DNA from: Synechococcus sp.
Lineage (GTDB): Bacteria; Cyanobacteriota; Cyanobacteriia; Thermostichales; PCC-7336
Direction of reading: 5' to 3'
DNA length: 64,000 bases
NCBI GenBank assembly: GCA_051439425.1
Contig: JBFRWD010000138.1
Span: 1 to 64,000 of the forward strand
Shown one piece after another: positions 1 through 10,257 of this stretch (the first letter of the stretch is position 1; the number at the start of each line of letters is the position of its first letter). The notes under the pieces are model-generated. The model made no database searches and was not told the DNA's origin. It saw only the letters and a program-made list of their open reading frames with translations. The position numbers were made by a program, and so were the translations under genes.

Positions 1-2198
1 CCATTAACCGCATGACCTCCAAAGCGGTGCTGAAGGACGTGGCCCGAGTGATGGATATTCCCTACGGCGATGCCGACAAGATGGCCAAGATGATTCCCGT
101 CGCGCGGGGCAAACCGGCCAAGCTGAAGGTGATGATTAGCGAGGATACGCCGGAGCCGGAGTTTCGAGATCGCTATCTCAACGATCCAGTCACGAAAAAG
201 TGGGTGGATATGGCTATGCGCATCGAGGGCACTAACAAAACCTCGGGGGTGCACGCAGCGGGGGTGGTGATTGCAAAATTGCCGCTGGATGAAACCGTGC
301 CGCTACAGCGCAATAACGATGGCTCGGTGATTACCCAGTACTACATGGAAGATGTGGAAGCCTGCGGCCTTCTGAAAATGGACTTTTTGGGCTTGCGCAA
401 TTTGACCATGATCCAGCGGGCGGTGGATTTGATCGCCAAGACCAAGGGCGACGAGCTGAATATGGATTTGATTCCGGAGGCCGACCCCAATACCTACAAG
501 TTGCTGGAACGTGGCGAGTTGGAAGGGGTATTCCAGCTCGAATCATCCGGTATGAAGAGCGTCGTGCGGGATCTAAAACCCTCCAATTTGGAGGATATTT
601 CGTCAGTCCTGGCCCTCTACCGACCGGGTCCGCTGGATACTGGAATGATTCCGGAATTTATCGATCGCAAACACGGTCGCAAACAAATCTCGTACGCCCA
701 CGAAATCCTGCAGCCCATCCTCAAAGACACCTACGGCACCATCCTCTACCAAGAGCAAATCATGCGGATTGCTCAGGATATGGCGGGGTACACACTGGGG
801 CAAGCGGACCTGTTGCGACGGGCGATGGGTAAGAAAAAAGTGGCCGAGATGGAGAAGCACCGGGAGATTTTCCTGGATGGCTCGGCCAAGAACGGAGTGC
901 CTGGCAATGTGGCTAAAGAGCTATTCGAGCAAATGCTGGTGTTTGCAGAATACTGCTTTAACAAATCCCACTCCACCGCCTACGGGTTCGTCACCTATCA
1001 AACGGCGTTCCTGAAAGCCAATTATCCCGTGGAGTATATGGCAGCACTGCTGTCCTCCATTGGTGGCGATCACGATAAGGTACAGCGCTACATAGCCTAC
1101 TGCCTCTCGATTGGGATTGAAATCCAATCACCCGATATCAACCGCTCCGGACTTGACTTTACGCCGCTGGAGAAGAGCATTCTGTTTGGATTTGGCGGTG
1201 TTAAGAATGTGGGTCAGGGGGCGATCGAGCACCTGATTGAAGAGCGGGAGGCCAATGGCCCATTTCCCTCTTTGTCTAATTTGTGCGATCGCGTCGATAC
1301 TCGTACCGTCAACCGGCGTGCCTTGGAAGCGCTGATCCACGTCGGGGCCTTCGACACCCTGACGGACAATCGCAAGCAGCTGATTGCTGATTTAGATTAC
1401 GTCCTCGATTGGGCCTCCAGCCGAGCGAAGGATCGCGAGGTGGGTCAGTCCAGCCTATTTGACCTAATGGGCGGAGGTGGATCGAACGATGATACCGGTG
1501 AAAATGTCGTGGGTCTGGAGCCACCCAAAGCACCAGCAACCAAAGACTATCCTCAAGACGAACGGCTGCGACTAGAGAAAGAACTGCTGGGATTTTACGT
1601 TTCCGACCATCCCCTCAAAGATGTGCAAGGCACCTCTCGCATATTGGCTCCCATTAACATTGGAGATCTCAATGACTATGGCGAGAAGCTTGATGTCAGT
1701 GCTATTGCCCTAATTTCTAGCCTCAAACCGGTGATCACCAAGAAGGGCGATCGCATGGCTATTCTGCAGTTGGAGGATCTCTCCGGTAGTTGCGAAGCCG
1801 TGGTATTTCCCAAAACCCACGCCCGCATTCACGAGCGGCTCATTCCAGATGCCCGCGTTATGGTCTGGGCCAAGGTAGACAAGCGAGACGATCGCAAGCA
1901 GCTCATTATTAACGATCTAGAACCGTTGGAGCAGGTGCAGATGGTAATGGTCTCATTGCCAGCGGAGCGAGCAGCAGATATTGCCGTCCAACATCAATTG
2001 GCAGAGGTGTTGCGGGCACAATCAGGAGATAAGGAGAATCGTGGCCGCATTCCGGTAGTCGCGGAAGTATGTGCAGGCGATCGCCGTCAATTTGTCCGCC
2101 TGGGCAATCAGTTCCGGGTGGTTGATGCCGATGTTGCGGTTAGGGAGCTGGCTGCCAGACAGTTCAACGCCCGCCGACAGTTGCTGTTGGCAACGTAA
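1..2198 (+). CDS. dnaE: DNA polymerase III alpha subunit (5' end outside window), contiguous and intein-free
   Basis: Motifs GVHAAGVVI, LLKMDFLGL, GVFQLES, YQEQIM, FAEYCFNKSHS, EKELLGFYVSDHP and a C-terminal OB fold. Confidence 0.98.
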   Translation, partial: INRMTSKAVLKDVARVMDIPYGDADKMAKMIPVARGKPAKLKVMISEDTPEPEFRDRYLNDPVTKKWVDMAMRIEGTNKTSGVHAAGVVIAKLPLDETVPLQRNNDGSVITQYYMEDVEACGLLKMDFLGLRNLTMIQRAVDLIAKTKGDELNMDLIPEADPNTYKLLERGELEGVFQLESSGMKSVVRDLKPSNLEDISSVLALYRPGPLDTGMIPEFIDRKHGRKQISYAHEILQPILKDTYGTILYQEQIMRIAQDMAGYTLGQADLLRRAMGKKKVAEMEKHREIFLDGSAKNGVPGNVAKELFEQMLVFAEYCFNKSHSTAYGFVTYQTAFLKANYPVEYMAALLSSIGGDHDKVQRYIAYCLSIGIEIQSPDINRSGLDFTPLEKSILFGFGGVKNVGQGAIEHLIEEREANGPFPSLSNLCDRVDTRTVNRRALEALIHVGAFDTLTDNRKQLIADLDYVLDWASSRAKDREVGQSSLFDLMGGGGSNDDTGENVVGLEPPKAPATKDYPQDERLRLEKELLGFYVSDHPLKDVQGTSRILAPINIGDLNDYGEKLDVSAIALISSLKPVITKKGDRMAILQLEDLSGSCEAVVFPKTHARIHERLIPDARVMVWAKVDKRDDRKQLIINDLEPLEQVQMVMVSLPAERAADIAVQHQLAEVLRAQSGDKENRGRIPVVAEVCAGDRRQFVRLGNQFRVVDADVAVRELAARQFNARRQLLLAT

Positions 2199-2240
2199 TG
2201 GGTCAGACGGAATCCATCCTTGAGTTCTGAGCCAGCCCCT

Positions 2241-2682
2241 TACGTGATGTACGGCGTGTCGATGGCCGGTGCTGCGGTTATGCGAGCGATCGCTGTCCTC
2301 GATATCAAATTCCGACGCAGTTGTGATTGAATTGCTCTTCACACGGCTGCTAGATGAAGTCAAAAGCCGCATTGAAGACATGAACTTCCCCTCTGCAATT
2401 GTTGCTGAAGCGATCGTGTTCTGGGGCAGGCCCCAACACGGATTCCACAGATTTGCCCACAATCCAATCGATTACACATCCCAGCTCGATGTTCCGGCTT
2501 TGGTGCTGCATGGCGAGCAAGATAAGTGGATGGCAGTTGAGGACATTAAGGCGATCGTCAATAACTTCGAAGGTTCCAAACAGCTCGTGATTTCACCGCA
2601 AGTTGGTCATCACTAACTCATCGGCGTCGATCGTCAACTGTGGAACACCTCTCTAACCACTTTCCTCAACCCCCTGCCATAA
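2241..2682 (+). pseudogene. Alpha/beta hydrolase remnant (5'-truncated, frameshift near 2310, premature stop at 2614-2616)
   Basis: YGVSMAGAAVMRAIA (GxSxG-like) in one frame from 2241; VLHGEQDKW and GHH in the next frame; the reading continues LIGVDRQLWNTSLTTFLNPLP after TAA 2614 to TAA 2682. Confidence 0.75.
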
Positions 2683-2796
2683 GGAGAGAGCCTATCAACC
2701 ACTTCAACGTAGAAAGCAAGCCCAAAAATCGATGTGTCTGTGTATTGCAGTATTGAGAAGGGCTCCTCAGCAAGAATCAATGCCTCAAATTCGATC

Positions 2797-2832
2797 AAAA
2801 AAGCTAGTGCTTCACGAATGGCGCACTAGCTT
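2797..2832 (-). terminator. Intrinsic terminator of the psbA-like gene
   Basis: AAGCTAGTGC / GCACTAGCTT stem followed by a T-run on the minus strand, about 20 nt after the stop. Confidence 0.8.
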
Positions 2833-2854
2833 GTCACCCCCCGTAGAGGTGGGC

Positions 2855-3952
2855 TCAGCTAATCGATGGAGCGTCGACCACACTCATGGGTGCCACTTCG
2901 CCACTAGCTAATCGGAGCGGAAAGTGATGGGCATTAGGAGAGTGCATGACTTGCAGACCAAGAGTAGCTCGGCTGATGAGATCGGCTTCCGTACCAATGA
3001 CTCGACCGCTGCTGTCCAGAATTGACCCGTTGAAGTTGAAGCCGTTTAAGTTGAACGCCATCGTGCCAACACCCAGCGCCGCAAACCAGATACCAAGGGT
3101 AGGTAACGTAGCCAGCATCATATGAATCGATCGCTTGTTCTTGTACCCCAGTCCCTGGAACATGACTCGGCCAAGATAACCATAGTGACCGGCAAACAGG
3201 TTGTAGGTTTCGTTTTCCTGACCAAATCGATAGCCCTCGTTAGTCGAGACGAGATCGGACGTTTCGCGAATCAAGGTAGAAGTAACGAGAGAGCCGTGAA
3301 CTGCAGCCAGAAAAGCTCCACCAAACACACCTGCAACACCCAGCATTTGGAAGGGATGCATCAGAATATTATGGTCGGCCTGAAACGCCATCATGAAATG
3401 AAAAGTCCCGGCAATACCTAGCGGCAATCCTTCAGAAAACGATCCCTGACCAATGGGATATACCAACAGAACAGATGTCGCGGCGGCAACCGGAGCAGAA
3501 AAGGCCACAGCAATCCACGGACGCATCCCAAGCCTATAGGAGAGCTCCCACTGTCGCCCCATGTAGCAGGCGATGCCGAGGAGAAAATGCAGCACGATCA
3601 ACTGATATGGACCACCGTTATAGAGCCATTCATCCAGAGACGTTGCAGCCCAGATGGGGTAAAAGTGCAAACCGATTGCGGCCGAAGTGGGAACCACCGC
3701 AGCGGTGATGAGATTATTACCCCCCATCAAAGATCCGGTAACAGGCGCTCGAATACCATCCAAATCAACGGGTGGTGCAGCGATGAAGGCAAGGATAAAA
3801 CAAATCGATGCAGCCAGCAGGGCTGGAATCATCAAAAGGCCAAACCAACCCAGATAGATGCGATTGTCAGTGCTGGTGACCCAGTTACAAAAGCGTCCCC
3901 ACAGAGTATCGGCCCCAATAGCCCCCACTCTGCGTTTTGAAATAGTTGCCAT
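2855..3952 (-). CDS. psbA: Photosystem II D1 protein, atypical rogue (group 2) isoform
   Basis: Full-length D1 sequence with D170E, E189D, E333S, D342R and E65A, plus rogue-type motifs [29 protein letters not shown] and AGHYGYLGR; has YMG, not the ChlF QD motif. Confidence 0.93.
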   Translation of the reverse strand: MATISKRRVGAIGADTLWGRFCNWVTSTDNRIYLGWFGLLMIPALLAASICFILAFIAAPPVDLDGIRAPVTGSLMGGNNLITAAVVPTSAAIGLHFYPIWAATSLDEWLYNGGPYQLIVLHFLLGIACYMGRQWELSYRLGMRPWIAVAFSAPVAAATSVLLVYPIGQGSFSEGLPLGIAGTFHFMMAFQADHNILMHPFQMLGVAGVFGGAFLAAVHGSLVTSTLIRETSDLVSTNEGYRFGQENETYNLFAGHYGYLGRVMFQGLGYKNKRSIHMMLATLPTLGIWFAALGVGTMAFNLNGFNFNGSILDSSGRVIGTEADLISRATLGLQVMHSPNAHHFPLRLASGEVAPMSVVDAPSIS

Positions 3953-5310
3953 GATGAAATCGCCTCCCAGTGACAGTCGATAAAGGTTATCAACGAGATC
4001 GACGAATTAGAGAGCCACGTAACATTCAACGAGTCAATTCAAGCCACCTATCTGCTTCAATCAAGATTCAAACTTCAGCTAAATATACAATTCAGGCAGC
4101 CACACTACTTCAGGCGTTTCAAGAGAATTCGATTAATGACCTCTAACTAGTCAACCAATCTCTATAAACTAGATTAACACGTAAATTTATCGACTAAACC
4201 TCTATCGACAATACAAATTTAGACAATGGCAGGAGGTTGAAACATCGAGCAATGTTTTGACTATATCCCCACTTCTAAGCAGGTTGGCAACCATATGGAA
4301 TTGCCCCATTGAATCCTTATAGGGTCTATCCCCAATAGGGGTCAAGATGTTCTACGTATAGGGCTGGGCTCAAACACAACGGTAACGAACAGTCATTAAG
4401 ATTCACATTCCAGACAAAATGGCCTAACGAGAAGAGTGTTTAGAAGCAAATGCAAGAGTATAAAGATGAACCGGATCTCCTTCTTTGTAAAACGAATTTA
4501 ATCCATGCAGTTTGAGTAATATTCTCATGTCAAGAATCAATTTAAGTGAAGAAGCTGGCTGAAATGCTTGTTGCATTATTTGATCTTGTGCTATGCGCTT
4601 AGCATCGAAAAAGCCATCTTCGAAAAGGTATTTATTCGTGTGCTTTGGTCTGTCTATTCAAAGATGCTGCGGTATCGATCTCGCAACATGCAAAGTTCGG
4701 TAGCGGCGATCCAGAAAGCCAAGCTTAAGAGAAGAAGCTGTTCGGCTGACACCAGTCTCAATCCAATCACCTCAATACCTTGTCAGCAAAGACTTGCTGA
4801 TCATTAAGAGAACCTGCCCCACCACCAATATCTTAGTTTCCTTGCCCCATCGGGTTTTCAGCGGATTCGAAAAAATATTGCCCGTCCGATAGGCTATGGC
4901 AATCCGCTGTAAAGTCTGGAGGGATGAGATCCCGAAAATACTTGATCTTCAAGGAACAGTAGTCAGGGAAGTCTCCATAGCGGATTGCCGATTGCTACGT
5001 ACACCACTGATGTTTCAACGCTCCGTAGGAGAAGAAAACCTTTAACCGAAATGATGGAATAGGATTATTTCTCAAAGGCCTTGTCGAGCATACAGTACTG
5101 ACAAGTGCTCTCTCAACAGTGACTCGCCATTCCTGACTTCGGTATGGAGCCACATTTGATTCAGCAATCGCTGGACGACCAGACTAGCAGCTCATCAATC
5201 GCTACGTTCATCAGGTCGGCCTCGCAATTTCACAGCTCCGCACCGAACACACCTTGTTCGGCACCAACAACATCCTTGACGTTGAGATGCTCAAACCTCT
5301 AAACCTGTGC

Positions 5311-6231
5311 CTAGCTAGCAGCTGCCTCAGCTCCCGAGCGAAATTGGGTCAACCCCTCCGCATTCCAGGAATACCCATCAGCAGCAACCACCGACCGGAA
5401 ATTCTCACAATTCAATTCAATCCCCAGCCATCTCCCCAACTCAGCCAGATCCTCATCGAAAATTGCTGTAAGCTTGGCCAACTGCTCGGGGGCAATTTCG
5501 GGGCGCTCGATCTTTGCCACAAATGGTTTCCGAATCAGTTTCTTCAAGCCAGATGGCAATAGGTATTTACGAATCGGAGCCGTCAGCGGCGACATGCGCA
5601 GAAAATCGCTCAGCGCCGTCCGTTGTATGCGATCCTTCGAAACATTTCTAACCTTCTGATCGCTCTTCCACTCCGGAGTGCCCACATAGCCAATGAACTC
5701 ACAAATTCGCTCTAACTCAGCCTGAGAACTGGCTGTCAGGCGCTCAAAAAATGAGGGCAAAATTTGGTTGTAGCCATACGCCTCAAAATACGGCTTTAAC
5801 TGAGCTGCATACTGGCTGGTTGCCACTAATTCAGGATGCCGATCGATCGCCTCGTTAATCTCCACCGAAATTCTGCCGCCGATCACTTCGTGCGTGTAGT
5901 GAGAAATCAAGCGATCGATGGGATGCCGCATCAAATACAGAAGTTTGGCATTCGGCAAATGCTTGCGCATTCTCTCCACCGAATGAGGATACAACTCCTT
6001 TTGTGTGTAAGTTGTTGCAGATTCTCCACACAGCTCGTTAGTTGGGACATGCTCAAAGTGATCGGTATACCACTTAATGCCACGCTCGTAGTTTTCATCT
6101 AGGCTGAAGTAAAATATCTCTTTAGGATTATTCACCATGAAAATTCCCGGCTGAGCATTCAACTGCGAACTAATGGTTGAGGTGGCTGATTTCATCGCGC
6201 CAATAAACAGAAAATCGGGATAACGCGCCAC
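5311..6231 (-). CDS. Sulfotransferase family protein
   Basis: PAPS-binding loop FIGAMKSATST, KEIFYF, RHPIDRLISHY; GTG start at 6231 preceded by AGGAG. Confidence 0.9.
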   Translation of the reverse strand: MARYPDFLFIGAMKSATSTISSQLNAQPGIFMVNNPKEIFYFSLDENYERGIKWYTDHFEHVPTNELCGESATTYTQKELYPHSVERMRKHLPNAKLLYLMRHPIDRLISHYTHEVIGGRISVEINEAIDRHPELVATSQYAAQLKPYFEAYGYNQILPSFFERLTASSQAELERICEFIGYVGTPEWKSDQKVRNVSKDRIQRTALSDFLRMSPLTAPIRKYLLPSGLKKLIRKPFVAKIERPEIAPEQLAKLTAIFDEDLAELGRWLGIELNCENFRSVVAADGYSWNAEGLTQFRSGAEAAAS

Positions 6232-6473
6232 GTTCAGTACTCCTAGAGATCGCAAGTTATGTTCTCTCGATAGCCCTCATGAAATTATGCAACCGATTAC
6301 TAAAGGCGCCATTCCACAAGTATCCAATTACACTACCAAACCTCCGTCAACCCACACAATACCAATAAGCACAGGCTACGAGAAAGCCTGAATGGCCTAA
6401 GAGAAAGGGCATGCGAGCATTACACAGTAAGAATCAGTGTGGAACAAATCACTGAATCCCTGAGCCAACAATC

Positions 6474-6755
6474 CTATGCTTTAAATCCATCAATATGAAC
6501 GCTGGTTGAAATTTTAGGGCCGTCCAGCTTGTACAACACATCGCGATCGTTGGAATTAATCTTATTGCTTTCCCACTCGGCAAGTTGTGCTTCACTCAAA
6601 ACCGTTCCAACGGGGAAAAATTCTTGGTTCAAATAGGCCTTCGATCCCCGATTAAAGTATGGGTCGTCCTTTCGCACGTAACCGCGTGCCTCGATATCAA
6701 CGGCAACAATGCGACGAGTCGCAGCCTCAATACATACGTAAATATCAGTTTCCAT
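6474..6755 (-). CDS. Hypothetical protein (93 aa)
   Basis: ATG at 6755 gives a protein-like sequence METDIYVCIEAATRR...; no family recognised. Confidence 0.5.
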   Translation of the reverse strand: METDIYVCIEAATRRIVAVDIEARGYVRKDDPYFNRGSKAYLNQEFFPVGTVLSEAQLAEWESNKINSNDRDVLYKLDGPKISTSVHIDGFKA

Positions 6756-7095
6756 AGGAATCGTTGTGCAAATGACCGGAACGAACAGAGGGTTCTCGCA
6801 AAACCGAACCAAACACGACGATCGCTGAAATGCTTGTCTGGCCTGTCTCAATCCCCTCTTCTTCCACAGTAATCCAGATTCGAGGCTTGATAAACACCTA
6901 GCTCTCGCGAGCAGCAACCGATAGAGCGGCATCTTCTTGAGACTGGCACATCAACGATGCCGTGCTTTAATCGCGATCGGAGACTAGGGATATCCTCCGG
7001 CACGCGTAGAGACATTCCATTCACTCGGAACCGGATGAATCACAGGCTACGCTTGATATCCATCACTCACTTCACTGCAATTACGAGGTCTGCAT

Positions 7096-7539
7096 ATGGC
7101 TGGACAGAAGCAGTCAGCAAAGCGTCAAACCACTAAAAGTCGCTCAAAACAAGGTGGCTCAAGCTCAGATCGCATAATGCCTGGTGAGCTACTGCTGGCG
7201 GAGAGTCCAATCCACGCTAATCCAGATCGAGCAACAATCGAGCTGGATGTGACTAACACAGGAGATCGTCCCGTACAGGTGGGCTCTCACTTTCACTTTT
7301 TCGAAGTCAACCGGGCTCTACGCTTCGATCGCCCCGCAAGCCTCGGAATGAGACTGAATATCCCTTCCGGCAATGCTATGCGCTTCGAACCCGGGCAAAC
7401 CCACACGGTAACCTTGGTAGAGCTGGGGGGAAAAGGCTTAGTACATGGATTCAATAGCTTAGTCAGCGGCACCATTCGCAGCGCTGGCTGCCGCCAACAA
7501 GCAATTGAGAACGCTCGCTCTTGGCTAGGTCGTAGTTAG
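7096..7539 (+). CDS. ureB: Urease beta subunit
   Basis: MPGE, NTGDRPVQVGSHFHFFEVN, RLNIPSGNAMRFEPG; alternative start at 7177. Confidence 0.95.
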   Translation: MAGQKQSAKRQTTKSRSKQGGSSSDRIMPGELLLAESPIHANPDRATIELDVTNTGDRPVQVGSHFHFFEVNRALRFDRPASLGMRLNIPSGNAMRFEPGQTHTVTLVELGGKGLVHGFNSLVSGTIRSAGCRQQAIENARSWLGRS

Positions 7540-7745
7540 AGGCAACACCATTCAACCCAAAAATGGCAAGTAGGGCGCTCGATACGCTTGACTCACCTCA
7601 GCGCAGGCTAAACTCGCTCGGCCACATCACATTGACTGCTACCTAAAGGCTCAAGGTCACAGAGGTGCAAGGTCACAGAACATTCTGTTGTTACCCTGAC
7701 GGCCGGCATCGCTCTGCCATCCTCCTCAACCAACCACTGAGTACC

Positions 7746-8219
7746 TTAAGGTTGCCGCTTTTGCCGACCGTCCTGAATCACACTGAGAGAACGGTTTAGG
7801 CGATCTTCCAAATCTTGCAGCATATTGTCAGCATAGCCGTCTACTTCCTCGCGCATGCGGTTTCGTTCCAACATGGCATTCTGCAGCAACTGCTGACGCT
7901 CCTGTTGGGCCTTTCCGCGGATTTCATCCGCCTGCTGTTGAGCCTGGTTGACAATACCAGTTTCGTTCAGTAGTTGTTCGCGCTTGTATTCAGCCGCCTG
8001 AACAATTTCTTCAGCGTAGCGATGCGCTTGAGCCACAATGTCATCTCGTCGTCTGACAATAGCTTCAGACTCAGCAATCACCTGCGGAAGGCTGACTTGG
8101 ATCTCATCCAATTTTTCTAGCAGACTATCTTCATCCAACAGCGTTAATCGCGTAAAAGGAATATGGATGCCAGAGAGAATGGCTTTTTCTAGCTGCTCAA
8201 ACGCCTGTCTTAAATTCAT
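7746..8219 (-). CDS. DivIVA-like coiled-coil cell division protein (Cdv3-like)
   Basis: LEKAILSGIHIPFT...LDEDSLLEKLDEI followed by AEEIV/ADEI coiled-coil repeats and GYADNML. Confidence 0.7.
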   Translation of the reverse strand: MNLRQAFEQLEKAILSGIHIPFTRLTLLDEDSLLEKLDEIQVSLPQVIAESEAIVRRRDDIVAQAHRYAEEIVQAAEYKREQLLNETGIVNQAQQQADEIRGKAQQERQQLLQNAMLERNRMREEVDGYADNMLQDLEDRLNRSLSVIQDGRQKRQP

Positions 8220-8699
8220 CGTAAACGGTTCTCTAACCCCCAACATCTGAGCATTGAGTTCATCTCGCAGCGCACATACCACTGCGAACATTTCAGCTAT
8301 GCAACCCCTGGCTAGTGTTACGAAAACGGTGGGCCACTGAAATGGCGAACACTATAGCTACCGGTGCCTTCAGGCTACCGCAATCCTATTTGTCCGGGAA
8401 TTAATCAGTTGAATTTATTCATACTGATCCAAGGTATCTGGGTGGTCAGGGATGATAAACGAAGTACTACCTACGGTTTCCAGCCACTCATTTGCGGGTA
8501 AGGTCAAGCGAGTCTAACGAACGCAAACTGTGGAGCGGCCTGAGCAGACCCAAGCCTGTAGGCGCACCAATAGAGATATTACCGGTCCGTGTCAGCATCA
8601 ATGTGATGTGCGATCGCTCGTCCCCCGTCAGCAAGACAGGTGCTGCTAAATGGCATCCCGTCATCGGCAGCCTGCAATCTGCCAGGAGAGGTAGAAAAA

Positions 8700-9818
8700 A
8701 TGCAGTACGCTAAACTCGCGAACGACCTACTCCGATTGAGTGTCAGTACAGTGGTTCCCCTCTCCGATTTCCACATTCGCATTCACAAAGCCATCAAGCA
8801 TCATCACCTGCTCCCCAAGGGCAGCAACATCCTGATAGGAGTATCTGGCGGTCAAGATTCGCTGTGCATGATGCACGTCCTCAACGACCTGAATATCTTG
8901 TGGAACTGGAAACTACACGTTTTACACTGCAACCATCGCTGGGCGGCCAGTGAAGCTGACTGTGCCGATTTCGTGACCCAACAAGCCAACGCTCTCCAGT
9001 TACCTAATGATGTTGCAACTGCTCCCCAGATCTATCGAGATGAAAATGGAGCACGACAGTGGAGATATGGCATATTTTGTGACTGGGCGCGACAGTGGAA
9101 TTGCCAGTATGTTGTCACGGCGCACACGGGTAGCGATCGCGCCGAAACCTTCCTCTTTAACTTATTTCGCGGCAGCGGTGCGGACGGCCTAGCCAGTCTA
9201 AAACGGTCCCGCTCTCTAGGGCCGCGAGTGACACCTACAGATGGTGCGCTCTCTAACAGCAAGACGACATTCGAACCCGATCCCCAAGAGGGTCACGAAC
9301 AGCCTCTAATGCTGGTGCGCCCACTACTTGACGCCTGGAGACATGAAACCTTGGATTTCTGCCAAAACCACTCCATCCCCATCTGGGAAGACCCATTTAA
9401 CCAAGACTTCAGCCATCCACGCAACCGCATTCGTCAGGAGCTGATCCCTCTACTAAAAGAACATTTCAACCCTCAAGTCGAACTGGCGCTAACCCGGGCT
9501 GCAGAGATCTTGGCCAGCCAAGCTGAGGATGTCTCCGAGAGAGGAGAAGCACTAATGTTACATGCCTACCACGAGGATCCACCGAGGTTAGATCTACGCC
9601 TTCTGGGGAAAGCTTCGGTTGCACTGCAACGACAGGCGATCCGGCTATTTTTGAGGATGCACGCAGTATCATCGCAATTCGAGCAAGTGGAAACCCTTCG
9701 CTACTTGCTGAATGCTCCCCATCACAGCCGAACGCCTTCATTAACAGGAGGTGTCTGGGCAGAAATTAACCATGGGTATCTCGTTCTTTGCTCTGAAGAG
9801 ACCACACTCTTCGATTAA
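8700..9818 (+). CDS. tilS: tRNA(Ile)-lysidine synthetase (start uncertain)
   Basis: PP-loop GVSGGQDS, AHTGSDRAETFLFNLFRGSG, VRPLL, WEDPFN, RNRIR. Confidence 0.95.
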   Translation: MQYAKLANDLLRLSVSTVVPLSDFHIRIHKAIKHHHLLPKGSNILIGVSGGQDSLCMMHVLNDLNILWNWKLHVLHCNHRWAASEADCADFVTQQANALQLPNDVATAPQIYRDENGARQWRYGIFCDWARQWNCQYVVTAHTGSDRAETFLFNLFRGSGADGLASLKRSRSLGPRVTPTDGALSNSKTTFEPDPQEGHEQPLMLVRPLLDAWRHETLDFCQNHSIPIWEDPFNQDFSHPRNRIRQELIPLLKEHFNPQVELALTRAAEILASQAEDVSERGEALMLHAYHEDPPRLDLRLLGKASVALQRQAIRLFLRMHAVSSQFEQVETLRYLLNAPHHSRTPSLTGGVWAEINHGYLVLCSEETTLFD

Positions 9819-10257
9819 GTACGCATACCTGCTATCCGCTGGATCGTTGCGCTCTCAACCCCAACCGGGTTGTTCGTCGCTGAAGTACTTTTCGTGGTGT
9901 CACCACTCTGCACGGCCCAATCCCTCATGCAATAGATATGATTTGATGGCGGCGGCCTGACAGCAGATGTTCGAGACACCATTACCGCTGGCCCACCAGG
10001 TTGGGATTGCAGTCAAATTAAATACTTTGATCGTACTTAATCAATGTCAATTGGCGTGGGATATGCTTGCCTACATTCGCCAAGTGTGCGTAAGCCAGGG
10101 GCCAGACTAGAGGGATTCACTATCTCTCAATTGGGTTGATGATGGCAGATTTTCCATCCAAACTCGTCCGGCGCAGAATTCATAGAATGGCAACCAGTGT
10201 AAATATCAAGAACATAACAACGGTGTGGCTGCGTCATCCACGCGATGCGGGAACAAT

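Noticed and set aside
2855..3952. Chlorophyll f synthase (ChlF, super-rogue D1)
   Set aside because: Shares some motifs but has YMG rather than YQD, retains a D1-like C-terminus, and has no far-red photoacclimation genes nearby; fits group 2 rogue D1 better
7096..7539. Orphan ureB as an anomaly
   Set aside because: Urease genes are commonly dispersed in cyanobacterial genomes
7652..7679. Direct repeat CAAGGTCACAGA x2
   Set aside because: Two copies between convergent genes; most likely a local duplication
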